From Myxococcota bacterium (GTDB lineage Bacteria > Myxococcota_A > Polyangia > Polyangiales > Sandaracinaceae), in assembly GCA_036149055.1 (NCBI GenBank), contig JAYZQJ010000128.1, forward strand, positions 97,317 to 161,316: a DNA stretch of 64,000 nucleotides, in the 5' to 3' direction. Numbering within the stretch: the stretch's first letter is position 1; each line of letters starts with the position of its first letter. Position numbers and translations under genes: made by a program. The notes beneath the pieces were generated by a model that saw nothing but the letters and a program-made list of their open reading frames with translations, did no database searches and was not told the DNA's origin. This document shows, in pieces, positions 38,055 through 47,190 of this stretch.

Positions 38055-40265
38055 GTGTCGACCATGCAGAGGGGGATGGTGGCGGCGCTGATGCTGTTCG
38101 CGCTGCCCGGCGAGGCGCACGCCTGCCTCGAGTACCTCGCGAACGTGCCCTCCTCGGGCGCCGGGTGCGAGACCTGCCACGACAACGCGAGCGGCGGCGG
38201 CGGCTGCGCGTCGCCCCCGTGCTTCAACGCCTTCGGCTCGGCGTTCTTCTCGGCCCGCGGCGGCGCGCGCACCGGCTGCGCCCCGGTCGTCGACGCGAGC
38301 GCGGTCTGGGGCCCGACGCTGGCGCGGCGCGACCACGACGGCGACGGCTGGACGAGCGGGCAAGAGCTGGGCGATCCGTTCGGCGCCTGGGACACCGGCG
38401 ACCCCGAGGTCACCGGCTACGCGAGCCCCGGCCTCGCGGGCGACACGCCGCCGACGAGCCTGAACCTCTGCTCGATCGGCGCGATGAACGACTGCACCAC
38501 CGGCCCCTCGGGCGGCCGGTGCACCGACGCCTACTCGAGCGGACGCTGGGACTGCAGCTGCGCGTCCGGCTACACCGGCTCGAGCCACCTCCGCACCGCG
38601 AGCCACGACTGGGCGGGCGGCGTGCGCGACCGCTACCAGATCGTCTCGCGCGCCGCGCCGCAGTGCAGCGACGTCGACGAGTGCGCCACCGCGCCGGTCG
38701 CGGACTGCGGCGCCGGCACCTGCCGCAACCTCCCGGGCAGCTACACCTGCGACTGCGACCCGACCGAGGTCTGCACGGCGCCGGCGAGCGGCGGCCGCTG
38801 CCTCTTCTGCGTGGGCGGCTGCGACCCGGCGATCGAGGACTGCGTCGACACGCCGAACGCCACCTGCGTGCCGCAAGCGACGGTGCCTCCCTTCCGGTGC
38901 GACTGCCCGGCCGGCTACACCGGCGACGGCCGGGCCTCGGGCAGCGGCTGCAGCGACGTCGACGAGTGCGCCGCGGGCGACCCTTGCGACCTCGCGGGCG
39001 GCGCCGCGGCGAGCTGCACCAACCTCACGCCCCACCTCGACGGCGCGCCCTACACCTGCGCGTGCAACCCGGGCTTCGCGTTCGACGGCGCCACCTGCGT
39101 CGACGTCGACGAGTGCGCTCTCGACCCGTCGCGCTGCGGCCCGGGGAGCTGCTTCGGGAGCACGCCGCCGGCCGCGCCGGACTCGTGGAGCTGCAGCTGC
39201 AACGCGGGCTACCAGTCCACCGGGGCCCCGCAGCCGAGCTGCGTCGACGTGGACGAGTGCCTCGACCCGGGCGTCTCGCTGTGCAGCGCCGACGCCACCT
39301 GCACCAACACCGACGGGAGCTGGTTCTGCACCTGCAACCCGGGCTACGACGACCCGGGCGGCGACGGGCGGAACTGCGTCGACCGGGACGAGTGCGCGCT
39401 CGGCACCGACGCCTGCGATCCGAACGCCGACTGCACCAACACGCCGGGGAGCTACTCGTGCGCCTGCCGCGCCCCGTTCTGGGGCGGCTCCGGCTTCACC
39501 TGCGTGGACGTCGACGAGTGCGCGCGCGGGACCGACGGCTGCGGCGTCAACGAGGACTGCGTCAACGAGATCGGCGCGGCGCCGACCTGCGTCTGTCGCC
39601 TGGGCACGACCCGGGACGCGGTCAGCGGCGAGTGCGTCGTCGCGTGCGGCGACGGCGCCCGCGGGCCGGGCGAGGAGTGCGACGACGGCAACGTGGACGC
39701 GGGCGACGGCTGCGATCCGCGCTGCGACATCGAGGACGGCTACACCTGCCGGGAGCCCTTCGCGGGCGGCACGTCGATGTGCTCGAACAGCTGCGGGGAC
39801 GGCCTCGTCGACGCCGGCGAGGAGTGCGACGACGGCGCCGGCAACTCCGACGTCGCGGTCGACGCCTGCCGCACCACCTGCGATCGGGCGGCCTGCGGCG
39901 ACGGCGTGACCGACACCGGCGAGGAGTGCGACGACGGCGCGGGCAACTCGGACGCCGACGTCGACGGCTGCCGCACCACCTGCCACCTCCCCTACTGCGG
40001 CGACGGCGTCGTCGACACCGGCGAGGTCTGCGATCCGGGCGGCGGCGTCCCCGGCGCGGCGGTGGCCGGCACCTGCACGACCGCGTGCATGGTCGACGCG
40101 GGCCTCGACCCGAGCGACCCGCCGGTCCTCACCGGCGGCGCGTGCAGCTGCCGGGTCGGCGCCGCGGACGCCCCGAGTCCGTGGGCGCTCGCGCTCTTGC
40201 TCCTCGGGCTCATCGCCCGAGGGCGCGGCGGATCCGGACGACGAGGTCCTCGGTCGCGGTCGTGA
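38055..40265 (+). CDS. MYXO-CTERM surface protein: temptin-like CxxCH domain, Ca-binding EGF repeats, Myxococcus Cys-rich repeats
   Basis: Signal peptide; CETCH...FNAFG...DHDGDGWTSGQELGDP; DVDEC EGF units; CGDG..EECDDG units; GGACSC-TM-RGR tail. Confidence 0.85.
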   Translation: MSTMQRGMVAALMLFALPGEAHACLEYLANVPSSGAGCETCHDNASGGGGCASPPCFNAFGSAFFSARGGARTGCAPVVDASAVWGPTLARRDHDGDGWTSGQELGDPFGAWDTGDPEVTGYASPGLAGDTPPTSLNLCSIGAMNDCTTGPSGGRCTDAYSSGRWDCSCASGYTGSSHLRTASHDWAGGVRDRYQIVSRAAPQCSDVDECATAPVADCGAGTCRNLPGSYTCDCDPTEVCTAPASGGRCLFCVGGCDPAIEDCVDTPNATCVPQATVPPFRCDCPAGYTGDGRASGSGCSDVDECAAGDPCDLAGGAAASCTNLTPHLDGAPYTCACNPGFAFDGATCVDVDECALDPSRCGPGSCFGSTPPAAPDSWSCSCNAGYQSTGAPQPSCVDVDECLDPGVSLCSADATCTNTDGSWFCTCNPGYDDPGGDGRNCVDRDECALGTDACDPNADCTNTPGSYSCACRAPFWGGSGFTCVDVDECARGTDGCGVNEDCVNEIGAAPTCVCRLGTTRDAVSGECVVACGDGARGPGEECDDGNVDAGDGCDPRCDIEDGYTCREPFAGGTSMCSNSCGDGLVDAGEECDDGAGNSDVAVDACRTTCDRAACGDGVTDTGEECDDGAGNSDADVDGCRTTCHLPYCGDGVVDTGEVCDPGGGVPGAAVAGTCTTACMVDAGLDPSDPPVLTGGACSCRVGAADAPSPWALALLLLGLIARGRGGSGRRGPRSRS

Positions 40266-41730
40266 GATCCGCCTGACAGATCGACTGCACGCCGACCTGC
40301 GCGCCGCGCGCGGCGAGGTCGCGGGCGACCTGGTTGATGCGCACCGGCGGGAAGGCGACGCCGCGACCGGGCACCTCGCAGCTCGGCACCAGCCGGAACG
40401 GCATCTCCGCGTCCACCCGCTCGACGAGCGCCGGGTGACGCTCGCGTTCGTCCTCGGAGGCGAGCGCCTGCCAGAGCGGCTCGGCCCCGGCCCGCGACGC
40501 CAGCTCCTCGGGGATGCCGACGATCGGCACGAACACCAGGCGCTCCGGGCGCCGCCGCAGCTGGGCGAGGCCGTCGACGTAGCGGGCGATCGGGTGGAGC
40601 GCCGACTCGCCGTGCTCGAAGCAGCGCAGGTTGAGATCGGTGCCCGCGTAGTCCGGGTTCGCCGGGTCGAAGAGATCGGGATCGGCGGCCGAGCAGTCCT
40701 CCTCGTCGGTGAGCAGGACGATCGCGAGCGCCGAGCCCTCGCGCACGAAGCCGGCGTTGCGGTCCGCGCCGTGGCCGGCGCTCCCGAGGTGGAACGTCGG
40801 CGGCTCGAAGCCGTCCGCGGTCCAGTCGGTCGGGCGGGCCGGCGAGAGCGCCTTGAGCGCCGCCTCGAGCTGCTGCTCGAAGCCGCAGCCGCGGGTGCCG
40901 ACCCGGGCGAGGCAGGCGGCGTCGCGCGCGAGCTCGGAGGCGGTGAGCCCGCCCGGCGGCGCGTAGGTGAGGAAGTCCGGAAAGGTCGTCGCGCAGCCCG
41001 TCTCGCCCTCGGGCCCCTCGCTCCGCAGCACCCCGTCTTCGCCGAAGTCGGGGAGCGCGCAGGTCGGCACCTCGTGCCCGCCCGAGCCCATGTCGACGGT
41101 GACCACCCCGACGTGCACGCTCGACACCGGCGGGAAGTCGTCCGGGCCGGTCGTGCGTCCGTCCAGCTCGAAGTCGCCGGTCGTGAGCACCTGGACGAGC
41201 CGGGGCAGCGCGGCGGCGAGCGACTCCTGCTCCTCGCGCATCGAGCTGGAGTCGTCGACCACGAAGAGCAGGTCGAGCGCGTTCGTCGCGGGCAGCGGCC
41301 CCGCGTCGTCCACCCCGGCGTCCGCGCTCGACGAGGGGACGGCAGACGAGGCGGAGAGCGAATCCACGGCGTAGGTGATCTCGGCCGGCACGAACCCGGC
41401 GGGCACCTCGAAGGCCACCCCGCAGTCGAGCGCGCGCCCGGGCGGCAGCACCGCGCCGGTCGGCACGCACGAGCGCTCCAGCGCGGCGCTGATCGGGGCG
41501 CCGACCACGCTCGGGCCCTCGCTCGGGTCGAGCCGGAAGAGCCCGGCGCTCAGGGGCAGCGTGCGGTCGGTGTCGTTGCGCAGGGTCAGCTCGACGCGCA
41601 GCAGACGGGCGCCCGGGCTCTCCGGTGAGAACCCGGGCGCGTCGGAGACGTCGCCGACCCCGTGGGCGTCGAGGGTGAGGGCGGGCCCGCCGCAGCCGGC
41701 GAGCGCGAGCGCGAGAACTGCGATGCGCAT
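40210..41730 (-). CDS. Lipoprotein with Ig-like (DUF4352-like) domain and vWA-like domain
   Basis: LAG-C lipobox; DLLFVVDDSSSMREEQ, GCGFEQQLEA, LTDEEDCS. Confidence 0.8.
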   Translation of the reverse strand: MRIAVLALALAGCGGPALTLDAHGVGDVSDAPGFSPESPGARLLRVELTLRNDTDRTLPLSAGLFRLDPSEGPSVVGAPISAALERSCVPTGAVLPPGRALDCGVAFEVPAGFVPAEITYAVDSLSASSAVPSSSADAGVDDAGPLPATNALDLLFVVDDSSSMREEQESLAAALPRLVQVLTTGDFELDGRTTGPDDFPPVSSVHVGVVTVDMGSGGHEVPTCALPDFGEDGVLRSEGPEGETGCATTFPDFLTYAPPGGLTASELARDAACLARVGTRGCGFEQQLEAALKALSPARPTDWTADGFEPPTFHLGSAGHGADRNAGFVREGSALAIVLLTDEEDCSAADPDLFDPANPDYAGTDLNLRCFEHGESALHPIARYVDGLAQLRRRPERLVFVPIVGIPEELASRAGAEPLWQALASEDERERHPALVERVDAEMPFRLVPSCEVPGRGVAFPPVRINQVARDLAARGAQVGVQSICQADLTTATEDLVVRIRRALGR

Positions 41731-41763
41731 GGGGAGAGCATGCCCGCCCCACCGGGGGCGGCG

Positions 41764-42771
41764 CTACCGCTGCGCTGCCTCGGCGTGCTCCTCGCGGCCG
41801 TCGGCGTGCACCGCGAAGCGGCCCCGGTCGCGCGGGTGCACCGGCGCGTCGCTGTCCCAGGGCCAGCCGCCGAACCGGGTCCGCTGGTAGTCGAGGAACG
41901 CCTGCTGGATCTCCTGCCGGCTGTTCATCACGAACGGGCCGTGCTGCGCGACCGGCTCGCCGATGGGGCGGCCCTGGAGCACCAGCACCTCCGCCGCCGC
42001 GTCGCCGTTCTCGATCACGAGCGGCGCGTCCGGCTTCACCCGCGCCCCTTCGCCGACGGCGAGCTCCTCCCCGTCGAGCGCGAGGCGGTCGCCGAGGAAG
42101 AAGTAGACGCCCCGGTTCGTGCCCGGGCGGGCCGGCGGGAGCTCGAAGCGGGCCCCGGGGGCCAGCTTCAGGGTGAAGATCCCGACGTCCGCCTCCGCCT
42201 GCGACGCCCAGCTGTCCGGGGGCGGCGACGGCGGGCGGTGCTCTCCGATCGCGCCAGCGATGACCGCCACCTGCGCGCCGTCGGTCTCGAAGCGCGGGAT
42301 GCGCTCGCTCCAGAGCATCGTGAAGTGGGGCGCGACCATCTTCGAGGCGCGCGGGAGGTTGAGCCAGATCTGAAACAGCTCGGTCGGGTTCGGCGCGTCC
42401 TGCCGGACGAGCGGGAACATCTCCGAGTGCACGACGCCGGCGCCGGCGGTGAGCCACTGCACGTCGCCGTGCCCGAAGCGCGCGGTGGCGCCGAGCGAGT
42501 CGGAGTGATCGATGTAGCCCTGGCGCGCGATGGTGACCGTCTCGAAGCCGCGGTGCGGGTGCGCCGGGAACCCGGGCACCACGTCGCCGTGGTACATGCT
42601 CCAGCCGTCCTTGCCGTCGAAGTCCATGCCGATGCGGCGCCCGGCCAGGGACGCCTTCGGCGCCATGCGCGCGTCCCCCTCCGGGTAGCGGTCGTGGTGA
42701 TGCACGCAGAAGAGAAACGGGTCCCAGGTCTTCCAGGGGAACCCGAGGGGCACACGCTCGAGGATCGTCAT
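41764..42771 (-). CDS. Pirin family protein
   Basis: DPFL, GFPAHPHRGFETVT, HSDSLG, QWLTAGAGVVHSEM, FQIWLNLP, GPFVMN. Confidence 0.93.
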   Translation of the reverse strand: MTILERVPLGFPWKTWDPFLFCVHHHDRYPEGDARMAPKASLAGRRIGMDFDGKDGWSMYHGDVVPGFPAHPHRGFETVTIARQGYIDHSDSLGATARFGHGDVQWLTAGAGVVHSEMFPLVRQDAPNPTELFQIWLNLPRASKMVAPHFTMLWSERIPRFETDGAQVAVIAGAIGEHRPPSPPPDSWASQAEADVGIFTLKLAPGARFELPPARPGTNRGVYFFLGDRLALDGEELAVGEGARVKPDAPLVIENGDAAAEVLVLQGRPIGEPVAQHGPFVMNSRQEIQQAFLDYQRTRFGGWPWDSDAPVHPRDRGRFAVHADGREEHAEAAQR

Positions 42772-42810
42772 GCCGGGATCCGTGGAGCCGAGGCCGGCCC
42801 CACGCAAGCG

Positions 42811-44034
42811 TCACCCCACGGAGGCGAGGGCGGCGGCGATGCGCTGCACCCCGTCGTGAATGGCGTCCTCGGAGATGCAGAGCGGCGGCGCGATGACCAG
42901 GCAGCGCTCGCGCGAGCGCACGTGCACGTAGACGCGACGCGCGGCCAGCTCCCCCGCGAGGTGGGCGAGGAAGGCGTCGTCGGCGTCGAGCTCGATCGCG
43001 GCGAGCAGCCCGAGCCCACGCACGTCCCGGACGCGCGGGTGATCGATCGCACGCAGCGCCGACAGGAGCTTGGGCCCGAGCGCCGCGGCGCGCTCGATCA
43101 GCCCCTCGTCCTCGTACACGCGGATCGCCTCGAGCGCGGCCGCGACCCCGAGCGGGTGCGCGTAGTGGGTGAGCCCGGCGAGCAGCGTGCGCGACTCGAA
43201 GAACTCGGCCACCTGGCGGCGCACGATCACCGCGCCGAGCACGCCGTAGCCTCCGGTGAGCCCCTTGCTGACCGTGATGAGATCGGGGGTGACGCCCCAG
43301 TGCTGGAAGCCGAACCAGCGCCCGGTCCGCCCGAAGCCGCAGAGCACCTCGTCGGCCACGAGCAGGGCGTCGTGCCGGTCGCAGACCTCGCGGACCTTCG
43401 GCCAGTAGTCGTCGGGCGGCACCAGCACGCCGTTCGCGCCGGGAACGCTCTCGAGGAACACCGCGGCGACGTTGCCCTCCATCGGCAGCACGTACTCGAG
43501 CTGCGTGCCCGCGGCGGTGCGCCCCGCCTCGACGCAGCGGGGGCAGTGACAGTCGAGGATCTTCACCGCGCCCGGGATCCCCGGCTCGAGCGGAGGCCGG
43601 CGGTAGTCGCCGGTGAGCGAGAGCGCGCCCATCGTCGCGCCGTGGTAGCTGCGGTACCGGCTGACGGCCTTGTATCGACCGGTCATCATGCGCGCCATCT
43701 TCAGCGCGTTCTCGTTGGCCTCGCTGCCGCCGAGGGTGAAGAAGACCTTCGTGTACTCGGGGCCGGCCAGCTCGAGCAGCTTCTCGGCGAGCGCCCGCTT
43801 CTCCGGGTAGACCGCCTTGGGCATCGTGAGGCAGAGGCGATCGGCCTGGGCCTTCACCGCCTCGATCATGCGCGGGTGACCGTGCCCGAGGTTCGCGTGA
43901 TAGATGAGGCTCCCGAAGTCGAGCCAGCGCTCGCCGTCGGCGGTGTCGAAGAACTCGCCCTCGCCGCCGACGATCTCGAGCCCCTTCGCGTCGCGCTGGA
44001 CGCTCCAGGTGAAGAAGAAGGGCTCGTCGCTCAT
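42811..44034 (-). CDS. Class III PLP aminotransferase (beta-alanine/taurine transaminase-like)
   Basis: FFTWSVQ N-terminus, GGSEANE, SYHGAT, ADEVLCGFGRTG, SKGLTGG. ATG overlaps the upstream stop (ATGA). Confidence 0.9.
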   Translation of the reverse strand: MSDEPFFFTWSVQRDAKGLEIVGGEGEFFDTADGERWLDFGSLIYHANLGHGHPRMIEAVKAQADRLCLTMPKAVYPEKRALAEKLLELAGPEYTKVFFTLGGSEANENALKMARMMTGRYKAVSRYRSYHGATMGALSLTGDYRRPPLEPGIPGAVKILDCHCPRCVEAGRTAAGTQLEYVLPMEGNVAAVFLESVPGANGVLVPPDDYWPKVREVCDRHDALLVADEVLCGFGRTGRWFGFQHWGVTPDLITVSKGLTGGYGVLGAVIVRRQVAEFFESRTLLAGLTHYAHPLGVAAALEAIRVYEDEGLIERAAALGPKLLSALRAIDHPRVRDVRGLGLLAAIELDADDAFLAHLAGELAARRVYVHVRSRERCLVIAPPLCISEDAIHDGVQRIAAALASVG

Positions 44035-45140
44035 GCGCCCTCGAAGCCGTAGGCGGTGGGCTTGGCGCCGTGGATGCAGCCGTGGTGCGCGTAGAGGGTG
44101 CGCGCGCCGAAGTCGCAGAGCATCGCGCCGCAGGTCTTCATCGCGTGCGGCTTCTCGTCGGTCGCCATGTGCGTGCACACGCTGCGCGGGTAGCCGTCGT
44201 GGGTGGCGAGCCGCGACCAGAGATCGTCGCGCCCCTCGATCGCGCGCGCCTCGACCGAGTGCGAGAGCCAGTCGTGGCGGTCGTAGCTCGTCGACCAGTC
44301 GCTCACCCAGCTCACCGACGCCACCCCGGGGTCGAGGCAGTGGTTGGTGTGCACCAGGAGCGCGCCCGGCTCGGTGGCGAACGTCGCGTCGAAGATCACC
44401 GCCTTCTTCTCGCCGCTCGTCTCCACCCCGTAGCCCCGCTCACCGTCCGAGATGGCGTAGTGGTGCCCGCTCGACATCGGCGCGGTCATCAGCACGTGCT
44501 TCGCCGCGCTCGCGTTGTCCTCGGCGAGCATGCGCCGGACGAGCGCCGGCCAGACCACCCCGACCCGCGCGTCGTGCGACTTGAGGTTGTTGATCGTCAC
44601 CCCGACCCCGCGGGCGTTCATGCCCGCGAGCGCCCGGCAGCCGGTGATGGTGAAGGTGTGGAGCGCCGGCCGGCCGTCGTGCTCGGGCAGGCTGAGCAGG
44701 CACACGTAGGGCTCGACGCTCCCGTGCATGTCCCAGGTCTGGGCGAGGTAGACGCCCTCGGGCGTGCCGGCGAGGATCGCCGAGCAGTCCTCGTCCTCGT
44801 TGCCGGTGCCCTCGCCGCCCTTCGACGGATCGAGGCGCCGCGGGTCGACGTCCTTGAGATCGGTGTAGTGGTTGAGCACCACCGCCTTGGCCGGATCGAG
44901 GTCCGCCCCCTCGGCGATGCCGAGCAGCTCCTCGTGGAGCGGCGCGTCGAACCCCTCGAGCACCGGGAGGTGGAGCCGCGCGGTCTCCAGCACCTCCATC
45001 GAGGAAGCGAACTTACCCTGCGTCAGGGCCAGCTCGAGCCGGATCTGCGCGATCTCGTGGATGCGGGCCCGGAAGTGCTCTCCGTGCACGCGGCCACGCT
45101 CGCGGGCGCTCAGGCCCTTCGGGATCGACAGGACTTCCAT
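44031..45140 (-). CDS. C45 family autoproteolytic acyltransferase/hydrolase (Ntn fold)
   Basis: RGRVHG, EELLGIAEGA, D-CS autoprocessing Cys, AQTWD, GMNARG, HTNH. Confidence 0.88.
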   Translation of the reverse strand: MEVLSIPKGLSARERGRVHGEHFRARIHEIAQIRLELALTQGKFASSMEVLETARLHLPVLEGFDAPLHEELLGIAEGADLDPAKAVVLNHYTDLKDVDPRRLDPSKGGEGTGNEDEDCSAILAGTPEGVYLAQTWDMHGSVEPYVCLLSLPEHDGRPALHTFTITGCRALAGMNARGVGVTINNLKSHDARVGVVWPALVRRMLAEDNASAAKHVLMTAPMSSGHHYAISDGERGYGVETSGEKKAVIFDATFATEPGALLVHTNHCLDPGVASVSWVSDWSTSYDRHDWLSHSVEARAIEGRDDLWSRLATHDGYPRSVCTHMATDEKPHAMKTCGAMLCDFGARTLYAHHGCIHGAKPTAYGFEGA

Positions 45141-45178
45141 GGCCCGCAGCCTGCACCGCCGATCGCCCGGGTGCCAGA

Positions 45179-45637
45179 TCAGACCAGCGCGTCGCGCGCG
45201 GGCGGCGTGCCGTAGGGCGGGCACACGCCGTCGACGCAGGGGTTTCGGCGGTAGCGCTCCCGCTCCCAGCGCTCCTGCTCCTCGAGCTCGCGCTCCCGCT
45301 CCAGCGCGTCCATCGCCTGCTCGTCGTCCTGCGCGTCGTCCTGCGCGTGGTCGGAGCCTCTGGAGCCGGAGCCGTCGCGGTCCGACGAGAAGTCCGCGCC
45401 CTCCCCGCCGGTCGTCTCCTCCGTGTCCGTGCCCTGGTCGTCGTAGGCGATCTCGCCCTCGCCCCCGCAGGCGCCGAGCACCGCCGCGCCGACGAAGACC
45501 GCCGCCCGCGTGAAGTGCCTTCGGCTCACCCGGCGGATCGCGCCCGGCGCCCTCGCCTGGCCGTCGCCGCAGAAGGGGCAGCGCTCGTCTTCGAGGCGGA
45601 CGTGGCGGTCACATGCGGTACAAGGTCCCAGCTCCAT
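45179..45637 (-). CDS. Small myxobacterial protein with CxxCxRHV...CPFC N-terminus and PPYGxPP C-terminus
   Basis: MELGPCTACDRHVRLEDERCPFCG; internal LGA-C lipobox-like site; ends CPPYGTPPARDALV. Confidence 0.75.
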   Translation of the reverse strand: MELGPCTACDRHVRLEDERCPFCGDGQARAPGAIRRVSRRHFTRAAVFVGAAVLGACGGEGEIAYDDQGTDTEETTGGEGADFSSDRDGSGSRGSDHAQDDAQDDEQAMDALERERELEEQERWERERYRRNPCVDGVCPPYGTPPARDALV

Positions 45638-45646
45638 CCCGCCATC

Positions 45647-46381
45647 ATGCCGCGAAAGAAGCCGCAATCCGAAGCCGAGTTCCTCGCCGGCTACGACCCG
45701 AGCGTCTACGAGCGCCCCTCGCTGACCGTCGACGTGGCGCTGCTGAGCGTGGTCGACGACGCCCTCGCCACCCTGCTGGTCCGGCGGGCCGAGCACCCGT
45801 GGGAGGGCGCCGCGGCGCTGCCCGGGGGCTTCGTGCGCATCGACGAGTCGATCGAGCGGGCCGCCGAGCGGGTCCTCGCCGACAAGGCCGGCCTCGAGGG
45901 CGTGTTCCTCGAGCAGCTCTACACCTTCGGTGACGTGGAGCGGGATCCGCGGACCCGGGTGGTGACGGTCGCGCACTACGCGCTGGTCGACGGGAAGCGC
46001 TTCGAGGCGCTCGACCGCGGGCTGACCGCGCGCCTGGAGGTCCCCTGGGAGGGCGAGACCGGCGGCCCGGTCGACGTGCGGGTCGACGGCGCCATCACCG
46101 AGCTCGCCTTCGACCACGCGGACATCCTGGGCATGGCCGTGAAGCGGATCCGCGGCAAGCTCGACTACACCCCCATCGGCTTCCAGCTGCTGCCGCCGCG
46201 CTTCACGTTGCGCCAGCTCCAGCGGGTGCACGAGGTGGTGCTCGACCGGCCGCTGAACAAGGACAGCTTCCGGCGCCGCATGCTCGCGTCGGGGCAGCTC
46301 GAGGCGACCGGGGAGCGGCAGCGCGACGTCGATCACCGGCCGGCCGCCCTCTATCGATTCGTGCGCCGGTCGGCCGTCTGA
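45647..46381 (+). CDS. nrtR: NrtR-type NUDIX plus winged-helix regulator
   Basis: YERPSLTVDV, LPGGFV, EQLYTFG, RDPR, LAFDH, FTLRQLQRVHE, FRRRM, RPAALY. Confidence 0.85.
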   Translation: MPRKKPQSEAEFLAGYDPSVYERPSLTVDVALLSVVDDALATLLVRRAEHPWEGAAALPGGFVRIDESIERAAERVLADKAGLEGVFLEQLYTFGDVERDPRTRVVTVAHYALVDGKRFEALDRGLTARLEVPWEGETGGPVDVRVDGAITELAFDHADILGMAVKRIRGKLDYTPIGFQLLPPRFTLRQLQRVHEVVLDRPLNKDSFRRRMLASGQLEATGERQRDVDHRPAALYRFVRRSAV

Positions 46382-46398
46382 GCTGTAGTCTCGGGCGC

Positions 46399-47190
46399 AT
46401 GCGACGCGCCCTCTTCAGCTGCCTCCTGCTCGCCTGCGGAGGCCCCGCGGCTGGCCCTACTACCCCGGATCGCGCCGAGGCCTGCCCCGAGCCCGAGGCG
46501 CCGCGGGTCGTCGTCCGGCGCCCGACCGCGCCCAGCCTCGACGGCCGCTGGATGGTCCGCGAGGTGGACGACGAGGACGTCGAGCTCCTCATCGAGCTGA
46601 GCGGCGGCCGCGGCACCGCGCGCTCCGCTCGCTCGGACGACCACGCCTTCGAGATCGCGGTCGGCGAGTCGATCGACGGCATGAAGCGGCTCCAGCTCTC
46701 CCGCGCCGGCGGGACCGAGCGCGTCGAGCTCTACTGGACCTTCACCGGCCCGGATCGCGCGCTCGTCTTCCAGCCCGGGGACGACGACCTCGCGGTCGCC
46801 CAGCGGATCGGCCCCGTGCCCGCCGACCTGCAGGGGCGCTGGGTCGGCGAGGACCCTCGAGGCGGCGACCTCGTCTTCTTCGAGCTCGGCGCCGACCGCG
46901 CCGAGGTGCGAGAGGGGGACCGCGCGCACGAAGGCACCGCCGCCGGGCTGGGCGTAGAGGGACGACGGCTCGAGGGGGACCGCTTCGAGCTCCTCATCGG
47001 GATGCGCCGCGGCAGCGACGAGCGGCTCACCGCCATCGTGCTCCAGCGCCTGACGCCCGAGCTCTACCTCGCCTGGCCGGCCGGCGACGACGACTACCGG
47101 GTGCTCTACCGCCCCGGCAGCCGGCCGAGCTGGCTCGTCGCGCCCCGCGAGGAAGCGGAGGTCGTCACCCCCGCCGCGCCCGCGCCCTGA
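46399..47190 (+). CDS. Lipoprotein with two repeated beta-barrel-like domains
   Basis: LLLA-C lipobox; duplicated LxGRW...GDDD pattern. Confidence 0.72.
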   Translation: MRRALFSCLLLACGGPAAGPTTPDRAEACPEPEAPRVVVRRPTAPSLDGRWMVREVDDEDVELLIELSGGRGTARSARSDDHAFEIAVGESIDGMKRLQLSRAGGTERVELYWTFTGPDRALVFQPGDDDLAVAQRIGPVPADLQGRWVGEDPRGGDLVFFELGADRAEVREGDRAHEGTAAGLGVEGRRLEGDRFELLIGMRRGSDERLTAIVLQRLTPELYLAWPAGDDDYRVLYRPGSRPSWLVAPREEAEVVTPAAPAP

